Below are positions 24,371 through 37,910 of a stretch of 64,000 nucleotides of DNA, in pieces (positions within the stretch are counted from its first letter, which is position 1; every line of letters begins with the position of its first letter). Made by a program: the position numbers and the translations under genes. The stretch comes from Chiloscyllium plagiosum (Eukaryota), in the NCBI RefSeq assembly GCF_004010195.1, contig NC_057718.1:40358712-40422711 (forward strand), read 5' to 3'. The notes under the pieces are model-generated. The model was not told the origin of the DNA. It was given only the letters and a program-made list of their open reading frames with translations, and searched no databases.

Positions 24371-27147
24371 TATTGATAGTATTAACGAATACATTTTATT
24401 CATTTTGTAATCAATGAGACTCCATAGATGGTGAATGAATTGAACAGGTATTTGCATCAGACTTATCCCAGTAATTGTGGTAAATCAGCAAATGGAAGGG
24501 AGCACTTCAAGAAAATCACAATCACTAGATTGTGTGAATTTACTCGGTAATTGTTAGAGCTACAGGCTGACAAGTCGTTGGTCCTGATGAACTTCACCTT
24601 TGGGTTAATGAGATAGATAGTACCTTAGTATAATTTTCTAAAATTCCCTAGATTTGGGAAAAGCTCCTTTAGATTAGAAAATAGCAACTATAACTCTTTT
24701 TAATAAAAATGGAAGGCGATAGGAAACAGAAAAATATAGGCCAATTAGCTGAGCATCTTCATAAGAAGATGCTGGATATTATTATGAAAGATGTTATATC
24801 AGGGTACTTAGAAAAAAATTAAGGTAATCAGGCGGAGTCAACATAGTTTCCAAAGGGATATCATATTTAATGAACTTATTGGAGTTGTTTGAAGAAATAT
24901 CATGTGCAGTAGATGAAGGGAAACTGGAAACAGAAAGTGTGCCATAGCGATTCGGTTGTGATTTATATTAGATTAGATTCCCTACAGTATGTAAAGAAAA
25001 TAATTTTAAAAACTTTTCATAGTTTATATGTTCCATTTTGAGCTATTGAATGTAAATAATGATCAAGCATTTTTTTTTTCTTTGTACTCTGTAAGAATCA
25101 AAGAGCTGTTGAGTTAGATGTTGTACAGAAGTCTGTCTGTCAAATTGGAAGTGAACCCCTTACCAAGGAACAACTGTATTTCCATTTCTTACACAAATAT
25201 TAGCGTATAACTTTGCTTTCACCTGGATTTTGCCTGACGTTTCTGTTTTTGTAAGCATTAAACCTATTGATTGCAAATTTCTGCCCTCTAACCTTACCTG
25301 AAGTCATTAGCATCTCACTGAAAAATATTTCTGGAAGCGCTGTTGGGTGTTGAAAACCTCATGCAAGAGACCTGTATTCACATTCAAACGTTGACTGTTA
25401 TTTGGTTAGTTTAACAGAGGGACATCACAACTAAACTTGATTTTGACTGGACCAGATATCCTTGTTCTCCCTCAGGTATCAATAGGTAACAATCAGGAGT
25501 TAGAATCCTGGCTAGTTTCTCAGGAGGGCAAGATTAATTATAGCTTCCATACCAACATATCAAATGAAATCAGCTAATTCAGTACAGACCAAGGATTATA
25601 ACCTTGTTCTTTATTCTTTGTATGCATCAACTACTCACTCGATTTTTAACAATGAATTTTTAAAAATTTAGTGTCAACGAGAAGAATGTTTTAAATTTCA
25701 GAGAACAGGAAAGGCCAAAACAATATTGTCTGTTTATCATGATGATCATTATTATTCATTTGTTGCATGACTTTTTCCAATACATCTCACATTATTGTGC
25801 TAAGTAAAGGAGAAAATGAAGACTTTTAAAAATTCCCTTCAAAAGTGTTCCAATACTTTAAGATTAAAGTAACATGGTATTCTAATATGTTTGACTTGGG
25901 GCAGTCTGAACTGTTAAACAACCCAGCGACACTGTAATCTGTCACTTTTAAAGTGAGCTGTGAACCGCTATGGGGAATGTTCATTTGGCTTCCTTGGTGC
26001 ACTATCAATTTATTATTGCAGATCAGATAAAAGTGCTTACAATATCCTCAAGTGCCTTCTTCCATGACACTCGTGAGAAAAACAAGTTAGAAGAAAAGCA
26101 TTTTGATGTCAATGGTAAAAATGAAACAGAAATTATTTGCTGATAATATGGTGAAATGAGGGCAGTTTTTCCCTCAGATGAAAATGTTTGAAAGTTTTTA
26201 TGAGACTATTATAGATATACTCCCTAACTTTTGCCATGACAGAGAACCTCCGCTCTGTGACAAAAGTGGTTGACAATGTCAGAAATTTTACTTCACCTTC
26301 CCCACTCTTGAGGGTAGGTTTGGGCCTGTGACATTTGCTGAGGCAGCTGGTCCTTTAAGTATTCACCCACCTCCACTCAGATTATTTGATTTTGGAATCG
26401 CTGGTGTCTGAAAACCAGAGTGTGGAGATCAATTAAGAACAAATCTGTTTTTAGTGCATTTGTTTTGGGTAGCTGTGTATTACTTTGGAGTGGAGAGGTT
26501 CCCAGGATATCTTGGGAGTGCTGAACTGTTAGCAATAGTTTACAATTCATAGGTTTTCATTTGTCTTACATAGGTAAGTCTAAGAGTCCTTCAGTACTAC
26601 ATAATAATAACAGGAGTGTTGTCTGTGTTTCTTGGCCACTATTTATCCCTTAACCAACATGACTAAAACAAATTGCTTACTAATTATTCTCATAGTACTT
26701 TGTGGAACTGCGTTCTAGAAGCAGTACAGTAAGGGACATTTTAATTTCTTTAATTTATCAAAGGAATTGCTAATTGCTTTTAAGAATATGTGAAAAAGAC
26801 TCAAGAGTTAGCATGAAGCATAAAGGGATGATTTGTAGTTTTCTTGGATCATAAGAAATGCTGGTCCATGTCCCCGAGCAATACTTGACCTGGCAACAGT
26901 ACCAACAAGAAGGAAGTGAAGATGCAAAGACCACATGGCCAAACACAGAAGCCAGACAAAGAAGCTACTGCTGTGAAGGCAGAAGGTGACAGGTACACCA
27001 ATACAGAAACAAAGAGAAAGCAGACAGAGACCAAAAGAGGAGCATATTGAATTATTGTAAAGAGAATAAGTGAATGTTTCTCAGGAAGCAGTTAGTTTTT
27101 CTGAATGGTAGACAGGGAGATGGGAGTTACTGGGGACACTCTCTGAG

Positions 27148-27238
27148 CTGGTTAAACACATAGATCCAACCTTTTTAAATAACTGTCCCAAGAACCTGGA
27201 CAGTTGTTTACAAAAGTTGGATCTATGTGTTTTACCAG
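27148..27238. repeat. Near-perfect 41-bp inverted repeat with a 9-nt loop
   Basis: Arms 27148-27188 and 27198-27238 differ at 4 positions. Confidence 0.9.
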
Positions 27239-27447
27239 AAGTGGCCAAACTGTAAACTATTATGTTATCGGTTTATTGGTTGAAAATAAATTTTGGAAAG
27301 TAATCTCATTAAAGTTCTTGTGACCTGAGAGAGAGAAAAATTAATAGAAATGTGCTTTGTATCAGACAATTATGAACTGCAAAGGTGAAATCTGTTGTTG
27401 GATAGGAGTCCTAGCATACCCTGCGTGATCCAAGAATAACAAATATG

Positions 27448-27810
27448 GGAAGCAATGGCTTTATGGTATTTATCACTAGATTATTAATTCAGAGACCCAG
27501 GTAATGTTCTGAGGACCTGGGTTTGAATTGTGCCATGGCAGATAGTAGGATTTTAATTCAAGAAAAACAAACAATCTGGAATTAAGTGTCTAGTGATGAC
27601 CGTGATGATTGTCAGGGAAAGACCTGTCTAATTCACTAATGTCCTTTCGGGAAGGAAACTTCTGTCCTTACCTAGTCTGGCCTACACGTGACTCCAGACC
27701 CAAAGCGATGTGGTTGGCTCTTAACTAGCCTTGTGGACAAATAGGGATGAACAATGAATGCTGGCATAGCGATCGATGTCCACATTTCATGAATGAAATG
27801 AATTTTAAAA
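27448..27810 (+). mobile_element. Older tRNA-derived SINE with a LINE-like 3' tail
   Basis: Degenerate B box GGGTTTGAAT and an ATGAATGAA tail. Partial copies at about 17950-18125 (-) and 45750-45920 (+), and the tail is shared with about 59690-59825. Confidence 0.6.
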
Positions 27811-28869
27811 AAGCCAATTCTGTGTGGGAGAGTGAGACAGGTCATTATGGCTGTGTAAGATTTAACTTTATTGTATCCATTATTCAAAGTCTTTTTATTT
27901 GAAGCATGTTTTTTCTTTAATTCATGTTTAACTTGCTTTGTTCTGATTTGTGCAAAAGTTGCAAAAAGTGAAAGCAGGTCTTGTCAGTTATTTCATAATT
28001 TTGTGGGTCCTTTGTAGCTTTGGTTATTTAGTTTTCCCAAGGGGATGTAACTAGGATTTCCGGTGTGCAAATTATTAGCAATAACTACACATCAAAATTA
28101 CTTAGTGGGCTATAAAACAGTTTTTGATTTCTTCAACTTATGAAGGAATTAAATAAATACAAATTATTTCTTTTAATAGAATAATAATGTCTCCCATTGC
28201 AATATTTCCATTTCATGATGTTTTATTGCATTAGTGATACTAATATTAAAAGAGTTCTACAAGTTGGAAACAGAAAAACAATGATGATGCCAGGTATAAA
28301 AGAGCAAGAGACTGTTGAACTTTTTAAACTGTATTGTCAGGGAAAAGTGGTTGAAGAAAAGTTCTCAGTGAGGTATATAAAATATTTAATATCATTGTAA
28401 AATAGGTCTGTAATATTATTTCAGGGCAATAGGATCAGAGAATATGATTATAAATCAAAGAAAGATAACTTTTAAAACTTACTTTTAAGGAACTTTACTC
28501 AAAAGATGAATAATCCAGCAAATGTAATATTGGATAGATTGGAAATTCAGGGTATGCTGGATTGCAAGAGGAAATTTGCAGGGATGGAGTGAATCATTGA
28601 ATAACTCATAGGAGACTTAAGTCTTTGCAGTGCATCTATCAATGATTTTAACCCAGCCAATGCATTAGCAAATAATTTCCTCATTTCCCGATCAGTTAGA
28701 TTCAACAAGCAAGGTGATTGTCTGCATGATGTGGTATCACCTGTAGATATTGAAATATCAAACATATGAGTTGAAGGAATTGGGAACAAATTGGAAGGAA
28801 ATGGGAGATCAGAATCCAGTCCAAATCTGATGATAACAATGGCCTTGATTCAGTGATACCTCTCTGGAT

Positions 28870-29600
28870 GTGCCATTGGGAGCTGCGAGAACCTGGAAGG
28901 AAATATTATTCCCAAGTGATGAGGTAAAGCTGACTGCAATACCAAGTAGATGGGGTTAAAGGCAGCAGGAAATGATGCCACTGTCATGGATACAATGCAG
29001 GAAGGCATTCAATGATAGCCATTTGGCCGTGGAACTTAACTATTGTTTCTATGAAGTGTCATCAACTACACTTGAAATGGGTATCCCTTGTCTCTAATTA
29101 GCCGGCAGTTACTCTGCTGGTGGGGACATTGCTGCAGGTCAGGATTATCACAACAGCTGCCTGGAAGTCCAACACCCATCTGCATTAAGATTCTTTTGTG
29201 GTTGCACACCAGCTACAACTGATGGAATGGAAACCCTTGTGTTTGATGAACACTCCTAGGCAATATATGGGTGCTCCCATCGCTAATTGTGTATATGCTA
29301 ATATCTCGCATTTGTGGGGAGCCATTCAGATCTCAAACAGCAATAGTGTCATCACTGGCAAACAAGCCTGAAGCTAGCTGTCTTGAGTAATTGTACTCTG
29401 CTGACTGTGAGATCCTGTATATCTCTCCATTTGAGCCCTGGAAGGATCTAAAGGTAAACAAAGGTTGAGGGATGTGTTGATTTTGACAGCCAGTGGGTGG
29501 CCACCTGATCCACTGGACAACACAGGCTCCATTGTTTACCATCACCTGACAGGGTACCCTCAGCCTCCTCAAAGATTATAGCATTATTTCAACATGAAAA
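28870..29600 (-). mobile_element. Decayed PIF/Harbinger (HARBI1-like) DDE transposase
   Basis: Broken minus-strand frames read FRSFQGSNGEIYRISQSAE...RQLASGLFA, VFIKHKGFHSI, LVCNHKRILMQ...PGSCCD and LIRDKGYPF. These correspond to the Harbinger motifs GSFQ..GD..GISQS, NRKG.HS.N.Q.VCD, PGS.HD and LLGD.GYP. Confidence 0.75.
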
Positions 29601-30547
29601 GAAAGCTTATTCTCTCCTCTCAGTCTGTTTGGAAATAGTCTGCTCTCCAGAGAGCTGCACCTGTCTACTAGTCCACTCTGACTTGTGGGCCTGTAGGTCG
29701 GGGAGCAGCAGTTGTTTTTGGTGCAGCTCCTGCTGCTCATGATGTTTCTGCTGGTGCTCATCTTGGTCTTCATTTGCATTCTATACAATGCGGCTTCAGC
29801 AGAAAGCTTTTGAATATTCTCGATTGGAGTTCCAAAATGCAGATCAGACCTCCAAGTGTAAATGGTACCTGCAAAATGCTGTCTCAGCACAAATACTGTA
29901 TACAAACCTCTTCCATGCAAGCAGTAGAAGAACCCTGAGTGTTAAGTATGTATTGGCATATTTTCCTAACACGGCTTCAGCCCCTTCAATTACTGCTCTC
30001 GTGCTGCTTTCTCTAGCAAGTTCTAAAAAAGCCCACATACCTGAGTTAAAGTCCAGCATCCACATAAATATTGTTGCAACTGAGAAGTTAACGTAATGAA
30101 ATTAACATCCCGTCTCCCTGAAGGAACCTGTTTGGACACTGCCCAGAACTGCAGTAAACTGTGAAAGACAAAGGTTTGGAGCAGGCATCTAAGGTTGGCT
30201 CCTGCTTTGAATGAAATATCTGCTTCCCCCTGACCCTGTACCTGAACCCAAAGCTATATGCTCACCCGCATTAAAATTCCATTTTCTGTCTGAATTAAAC
30301 ATGGGATTGGATGGTAGATCGGCTGATGCAGTGTACTGGAGGAACATGCTTCACTGAGTTCAGCAAGTCTTTCCTAACCTGTTACATTTTCAGTGCAGCA
30401 CTAGAGTGAATCCATGCCAGATCACAATTACATTACATATAAAAGGGTGGAATCAGTTTAGACGATCATCGATCAATGGCTAATGTTATACACTGATTTT
30501 CTTGTATATTATAATAATTAAATCTCTCATAAATACCTCTGTCCTAG

Positions 30548-30787
30548 GTGTTTTTCTACATGTCATGGGCGATGCATTAGGATCTGTGGTGGTGGTCGTC
30601 GCTGCTACTATATTCTATATACTTCCACTTAATGAAGATGAATTCTGTAACTGGAAATGCTATGTAGATCCAAGTATGACAATCATTATGGTTATAATAG
30701 TTCTATTATCTGCTTTCCCACTCATAAAAGAAACAGCAGTTATCCTGCTCCAGATGTTACCCAGAGGGATCAAACTGCATGAATTTG
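30548..30787 (+). CDS. SLC30A10: SLC30A10 exon 3: VFLHVMGDALGSVVVVVAATIFYILP...CNWKCYVDPSMT...LLQMLPRGIKLHEF
   Basis: cctag acceptor and GTAAGT donor. 240 nt. Contains the TM5 HxxxD motif (LHVMGD). Confidence 0.96.
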
Positions 30788-32670
30788 GTAAGTGAATCTA
30801 TTTACTGTGTAAGCTTAATTAACGTTTGTTATGGCTTGGAGGTTTTGTTAAGATCGGCAAAGCATATCCCAAGCATAAGGAAAAATTACTCTTTTTGTGC
30901 CCCGGGTTTAATACTTCATGCCATATTTAGTCAGCTTCAAGTTGCCTGACGTTAAACTAACTGAAAAAAACATTGAAGAAATATTCTGAGTAACATTCAG
31001 TTGACTGTTTGATACCTGTCTCACCAGAGATGACGAAGTGAACAGGAACATAAAGTAATATGTTTAATACAGTCTTATTTTCTGAATTAAATATCTACAT
31101 TACAGTAATCACCTCAAATTCCACAGTAACTTTGTTTCAAAATTGCAAGGATACATCCTTAGCTGTATTTATAATTTTACATCTTCCAGTTCAGCAGTTG
31201 CTTTAATGGACTACATTATATCTCATGTTTTGTGGCATACGTAACAACATAATTAATTAGAGTTATGCTGTCTCAATTTAAGTCCAAATGCTTAATGCAC
31301 CGATAAGGTGAATTTGTTTGGACTCAATGCAAAGAAAAGTGGTCATTTGTTCATTTTCGTACAAAAACAAGATTTCACCTTTGTTCAAGAGTTCAATAAT
31401 CTTTTAATTATCACACTGCTTGAGAAGAGTTGGAAAAGCATGGGCCTGAAAAGCCACAGGGACGTTTATACATAATTCCAATGGGGATTAAAAATTCTGT
31501 CAAGAGTGCATTTAGCAGCAGTCTATTGGAAAGAGAATAAACAGGGGAATTCACCATTAGTTTACTGTAAGAAATATCTGAGAATTACTAGTTTTCCTTT
31601 CTTCCCAATTTTCTAGTGTCCACATGAAATCATTGTTGAAATTTCAAAAGCCTGTCGCTTAACACACATTCCAGGAGTTAAACATGTAAATGTGTGTGGC
31701 ACTTTAGTGCCAGACTCAAGGAATGCTTCAGTCTAAAAAGTGCTGTTTTTTTGGATGAGACATTAAGTGGAGGCCTTGCTTGCATGTCAGCTACAGCAGC
31801 AACTGAAACTTACATTTGTGTAGTGTCTTTAAGGTGAGGAAATACCCCACGGGCATTCTCCAGGAACATGTTAAAACCAAGTATGAAACCGAGCCACATA
31901 AGGAGATATTAGATCAGGTGATTGAGTCAGCTTGGTCAATAAAGTAGATTTTAGGTAGTACCTTAAAGGAGGAAAGCAAGGTAAGTATAAAGTTAGCATT
32001 CCAGAGCTTGGAGTGTTGGTGTGGCTAGCAGTGGAGTTGTAGGCAACAGCAACTGAATGTGGAGTGATTAAAATTATGGATAGAGGCCAGAATTAAATGA
32101 ACCCAGGGTTGTGCAGCTGCAGAAGATTGCAGCGATATCAAGGAGTGAGTCCAAGGAGCGACTTGAGAGTAAGATAACAATTTAAATTATTATTCCATAT
32201 GCATGTATATTATACAGACACTCGTGTGCCAGCCTCTGAGAACCCTCATGGCACATCTCTGATTCACTTACAAGACACTTCTGCACTTCAATGCTGCTCT
32301 CGGGCTGCACTTGCAATTATTATTGTAGCAAGGGCACACTGTGCTCGGACACACCCAGTTCAGGGACTGGACCAGGCTGCATCTGTGGCCTGTTCACTTG
32401 CTGTCATAACACTCGCTCACTCTGAGCCTGCCTGGATGTTCACAGCATTCTTGCCTTGCATTGGATCTTTTGCGCTTTGCCCCTTCAGCCAGTGATACCA
32501 AATTCATATCACTGCTGTTTTGCCTTGCCGTTTTGTATAGATATAAGTTAGGAATTGTCATCATTGTCAGCAGATTTCAAGGGAAATAGCCTTTGCCTTT
32601 GGAGGAGAGAATGTTTCTCTTGGCTCCCATATCAATTACTCTGAGATCAACTACTTTATGTGTCCACCTG

Positions 32671-32801
32671 AACATTAGATTGACAATTGTTCAGTATTAG
32701 ATTGACAATTGTTCAACATTAGATTGATAATTATTCAAATTAGTTTCACGATTGTTTAACATTAGATTGATGATTATTCAACATTAGATTCACAATTATT
32801 C
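32671..32801 (+). repeat. 22-bp minisatellite (AACATTAGATTGACAATTGTTC) x ~6
   Basis: Six diverged tandem units read directly. Confidence 0.85.
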
Positions 32802-33277
32802 CAACCCAAGCAGAATCCCAGGAAACCTCAGCAAGTCTGGCAGCAACTGTGGAGTAAGAAATTGTTAATGTTTTGAGTCAAATGATTTTTCTTTGGAACT
32901 GAATTATTCTGAAGCTCTCTGTTACAATGTTGTCTCTTTTTGAGTCATTGCCATCTATCATTCTACTGCCGTATCTGACTGAGTAAAATTGTTGTGCCAA
33001 GGAAGGACCACTTTTGTACTTTTCCCGCTACTGTTTTCAGTAGAGACAGGATTGAGCTTTCCCAAATGAAATGATTTAGAGTTTTATATTGGGGAAATAT
33101 GAGGTGTTCCTCTCAGCAGCCTCGGTAATTAGATTGTGACATTATAGAAGTGAAAGAATATTGTGCTTAATCCATAGCTAGCTCCTTTAGAACTAGAGTT
33201 AATTCAGTGGTGGATTTTCTTGGATTAATTTTATTTGATGAAATATAATGGTAATTAGATTTCAGGCAGTTCAGCTA

Positions 33278-33965
33278 TTTGCCATTTTTTGGTCAAGATG
33301 GCAGTGGAATAGTAGTGCAGTCCTTTGGGCCCTGGTGCTTGTCCGCTCTGTCTGGTTTTCCATTTTATTTTCTACTTTCTCTACATTTTTTTAAAACTTT
33401 CCCCTTACTTACCTTTTTGTGGAAAGCTCAGATGGCATTGAGGTTGGAGGCAGGGGTTTGTTACCGGTACCGATGGTGGGAATCGTGTTTGTGCTTGTGG
33501 TGGTGCCAGCAGAGGGAGGTGAGACTGTATTCCCCACGATGGTGGGAAGAAGTGAGTTTGGACCTAGCTCCCATGTGGGACCTGACAGCTTTAGCGGTGG
33601 CTGCGTTTCCAAGATCAGCTCGGTATAAACTCGATGGCAGCATCGGCAGTACAAGATGGCGCCGAAGAAAGGTGACACGGTTCCGCGGTGGTGGCATGGC
33701 AAAGGGACTCATGGCTGCTGACTGCTTCGTGCTGGTGATGGTCTCACCATCGGGGTTGATGAGCTCCTATCCAGGCCCATGGCTAAGCACGTAAGGACTG
33801 TAATGTTCAACTTTTAACTTAATTTCCTTATTTTTCTACCTTTATACTCTACGTTTGGTTTACTTCTGTGTTTGAAGATGGTGCCAGAGAACAGTGACAT
33901 TATATAACACTTTTAACTGTATTTGCAATGAACACGCATGACAATAAATACATCAATCAATATCC
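33278..33965 (+). mobile_element. Unclassified ~690-bp retroposon-like insert
   Basis: GC- and CpG-richer block that starts near CAAGATGGC (motif repeated inside) and ends in AATAAATACATCAATCAAT. Confidence 0.4.
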
Positions 33966-34523
33966 AAGTCAGCAGGTTACATATTCAACATGTCCTCAAC
34001 CCTGGTGATAGTGGGAATGTTGCAGCTGACACACCAGTTCCAGCTTCACTTTATTGTCCTACAATAAACACTAAAATCTTTGCTCAAGGACATACATGCT
34101 TTTGCATCGTGTGCTTCATGACTTAAATTGACTCCTGCCTTCTGTGCCAATTTATTTGTCATAAGAAGCTCATTTGATCCAGGTAAAAAATTGCCTGTAA
34201 TTTTGTCACAGCAGCCTGTGCCCTCAAAACAATAGAAATGCACAAATATTGATGTGTTCTTGTTAAGAATATGTGAAATTTTTTAACAGTAATTTCTTCT
34301 TACTTGAAATTGCTCCTGCTATTGTTACTGATGTGTTTCACTCTGACTGAGTTAATTGCATGTTGCTACCATAGAGTATTAGTAAAATCTAGGAGGCTGC
34401 TGTTTCTCGGATGCTGTCAATACAGATATGAGTAAAGAATGCTGGGAGAAAGATGAACCCGATGATCATTGATTTGAATAATCTCACTACTCAAAAATGG
34501 GTAGCAGAAAAGCTTGCAAAATA

Positions 34524-34742
34524 GAGGTTGTTCTGCCATAATGCATGTTTCGTTAACATGGACTGGCTATAATGCAATTGATGAATTGGGGACACTGCTT
34601 AGAAAGGGTGAACTTTAAAAATGCATGTTGTCTGTAACGTGATTACATTGCTAACACTGTAAGCCCTGTTTCTAAAGTGTAATTTTTGTGTAATACAGGG
34701 TTGCACAAGAACGCAACCATCGCGTTATAGAAGAACAACTTG
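34524..34742. mobile_element. Tc1/mariner-type MITE
   Basis: Imperfect TIRs of about 21 bp (GAGGTTGTTCTGCCATAATGC / GCGTTATAGAAGAACAACTTG), flanked by TA. Confidence 0.65.
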
Positions 34743-35161
34743 TATAGTAGTTGGAAAAGTAGACGGTTGAACAAGGGACCTTATTAATTCATGCCGAACT
34801 GTATTTGTAGCAATGAAGGCTCATGCAAGTTAAGTGTGGACCTGTTTAGAATCATAATAGAAGGACACTGGGTAGCATCAGCTTCCTTTCTAAATATGGC
34901 TGTAATTCCCAGTGCTTGATGTACTGAATGAGGAAGAGATGGAGGTATAGCAACTCAAAGGGCATTAAGAGACTCATGCAGAAACATCTGCCACATTGCT
35001 GAAATGACAGAGAAGTCGTGCCAATGATATTCAGACTTAATAGTGAGGTGTACTACCTGACCCCTCAGACATCTGTAGTGATAGTGGAAGCATATGGAAT
35101 TTGCAGATTGATTGATAATACTGATTTGACATTGGCACTGCCAGTTTGGATCTGTTAAACA

Positions 35162-35390
35162 TGATGTGGAGATGCCGATGTTGCACTGGTGAGAACAAAG
35201 TTAAAAATCACACAACACCAGGTTATAGTCCAACAGGTTTATTTGGAAGCACTAGCTTTTGGAGTGCTGCCTCTTCATCAGGTGGTTCATCATCATCATT
35301 AACCACCTGGTGAAGAGGCAGTGCCTTGAAAGCTAGTGCTTCTAAATAAAGCTGTTGGACTACAAGCTGGTGTTGAGTGATTTTTAAATT
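35162..35390. mobile_element. Family C palindromic Penelope-like element with degenerate hammerhead cores
   Basis: Inverted arms of about 90 bp around a CATCAT spacer. Core CAC-CTGATGA-A...GAA-AGCT-A-GTG, with one core mutation in each arm. TGTTAAACA is duplicated at 35153-35161 and 35391-35399. Confidence 0.75.
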
Positions 35391-35479
35391 TGTTAAACAG
35401 GCAGATTAGTTAATTGTTGCCTCCTGCATGTGTTGAACATTGGATTACTGTTACTTTCTGCTTTTTGGAAAAAGAATGG

Positions 35480-36005
35480 CAGATTGAAACTACGTTCTTG
35501 TGATAAATGGATCTTTCTCAGGTTGGCAAGCTGTTACTGATACAATACCAAGGGATTGGAGTTGTAGCCTCAATTATTTACAATAGTGTATGATTGCTAA
35601 ATTTTCCAATAACATCAAGGCCAGTTTAAAAGTAAGCATTTTGAGAGGAGGTAGTGAGTCTGCCAAGGGATATAAATAACTTAAATGAATGGCCAAAAGT
35701 TTAGCAGAAGGAGTATAATATGGGAAAGTGTGAACATGTTCACTTTGGCAGGAAGAATAGAAAAGCAGTGCACTATTCGGGTGGAGAGAGATTGTAGAAC
35801 TCATTGACACTGAGGGATCTGAGTGTTCTGGTGCAAGAGTTACACAGAATTAGTAAGTAGGTGCAGCGAGTGATTAGCAAGGCAAATAAAATATTGTTGC
35901 TTATTGCAATAGAAATGGAATCTAAGAATAGGGAAGATTCAATGCAACTGTGCAGGTTCTTGGTGAGACAACATCTGGAGTGCTTTGTCCAGTTTTGGTC
36001 TCTAT
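35480..36005 (+). mobile_element. Old CR1 RT fragment
   Basis: Nucleotide similarity to the reverse complement of the CR1 copies (…CATCTGGAGTGCTTTGTCCAGTTTTGGTCTC). Similar relics at about 2440-2930, 8720-8970, 15600-15830, 24540-24950, 46920-47100 and 48705-48840. Confidence 0.6.
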
Positions 36006-36869
36006 GGCAATGTGAGCTATAGTCCGATTTGTGGTGGAGTTGTGTGAGAAGTCAGGTTGGAACCATCTTGATGTCGGGCACATCTGACTCTGTCTTTTAT
36101 ATGTTAGACAAGCTGCAAGGCAAGTTTCTCAGTAGGCAGTGGGGGTTGCCAGTTAAGGGGGGATTTTTGCTTGTTAAACACCTTGTTAATAGCTAACTTG
36201 CCTCATTAATATTCAGCTTCTTGGCCTACCAGATGTGCCAAACAAGCTGTGTTGGATCACATAGTATCCAATTATTTGTTTGATTTTCTTGATCACATTG
36301 CACAATTCAGAGAGGAACAGGCTGTTCACCCATTAAGTTGACCAAGATCACTTCCTTGAACAGTGATGAACTATTGCTGTTTGTGAGATGCCAAGGTAAA
36401 TGATTGTTATGCTTGTCTGTATAATACATTCCCATAATTCCAAGTTTATTCATTGTATTGGGCTTTGAGCACTTCAATATGATAAGGTGCTATGTAAACC
36501 TAAGTATCAGTCAAGTAATTTTAAGTTGCTTGTGATGGACATATTTAACATATTTTGTTCTGCATTCTCTCCTTGTTTGTCATCATCTTCTCCACGATCT
36601 TCACAATGTAAGAAAGGCTACAAAGCCTCTCAGAGCTGTAGCAGATTCTTAAAACATTCTGTCAATACTCATGTGTTGTGTGTTGAAGGACACAGGAATT
36701 TTAAATTTCACTATGAGCATGAAATAGTTGATATCGAATCTGATGCCTTCTACACATCCAATATTCCATTCCACTTCTTTGGCCTTTCCACTACTTAATT
36801 CTCAAAAAAAGTCCAACATCACTGACTGTAATCTTTAGAGAATTAGGAAGCAACCTTTACAAAGAGACA

Positions 36870-36995
36870 TTGAAGGGCTTATACCTGAAACATCGATTCT
36901 CCGGCTCCTCGGATGCCGCCTGACCTGCTGTGCTTTTTCCAGTGACACACTTTTTGATTCTGACTCTCCAGCATCTGCAGTCCTCACTTTCTCAT
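36870..36995 (+). mobile_element. Family A element, 5'-truncated
   Basis: Similar to 47240-47354 and ends in CTCACTTTCTC. Confidence 0.7.
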
Positions 36996-37910
36996 AAGAA
37001 TTACTCAGGAAATTATGGGCCAATTAGCCTAATATTTATTTAGGTAAAGTATTAGAAAACAGTCTGAATGAAGGGATAGTGAACTACCCGAGTTAAGAGT
37101 TGACATTCAACCCTTTTCTATCCCTAGCACATTCTGAGCAAGAACGAAACATCTTGCAGTATAATATATGGAATGATTTTATAAGCATAATATGGGAAAG
37201 TGTGAATATGTTCACTTTGGCAGGAAGAACAGAAAAGCAAAAATTCTGAATGCTGCAGATGCTTGAGATCCAAAATAAAACCAGAATGTACTAGTTAAGC
37301 TGCATCTGTGGAGAGTGAATTAGAATTAGCGCTTCAAGCCCAGTATGACACTTCTTCAGAACTGGAGACTTCATTGCTATCTTGGATGACGGAACAACTT
37401 GACGTGGATTAGAGACTCTTTTGCTTCATACTTTTCTTACATCAGAGATTTCATGTCACAGAAAAAGACTTTATGATTCATTCCACAGTTATTTGAAGAC
37501 ATTCTATTCACTTAAACAGGGATAAATACTCAGGGTCATTTGACCCAAAACATTAACTCTGATTTCTCTTCACAGATGCTGTCAATCCTGCTGAGCTTTT
37601 GCAGCAACTTCTATTTTTGTCTCTGATGTAAACAGTTGGCCTTGCTTTCTCCAAAGCTACTTCCCTTGACGAAGACTTCTGGCTTAATTTCTCCTAATAT
37701 CTTTGAAAAACAAGCTTTATCAGCCATTGTCTTTCTGTACTTTAGTAACTGTATACCTCTATATTTATTACTTAGACCTTAAGTTACATCTTAATTAGTT
37801 GTGGATAACATCAGTACTGTGAAGTGCACACATTTCCATACACAAGCATTGTTCCATTGGAAGATAAGCCAAGGATTGTCCTTATTATACTTCAAAATTA
37901 TTGGGTGGAA

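Noticed and set aside
32671..32801. Regular repeats as a possible CRISPR array
   Set aside because: Tandem units have no unique spacers, and the context is eukaryotic.
33279..33794. 171-aa ORF and overlapping ORFs
   Set aside because: They lie within a GC-richer repeat-like insert and show no protein similarity.
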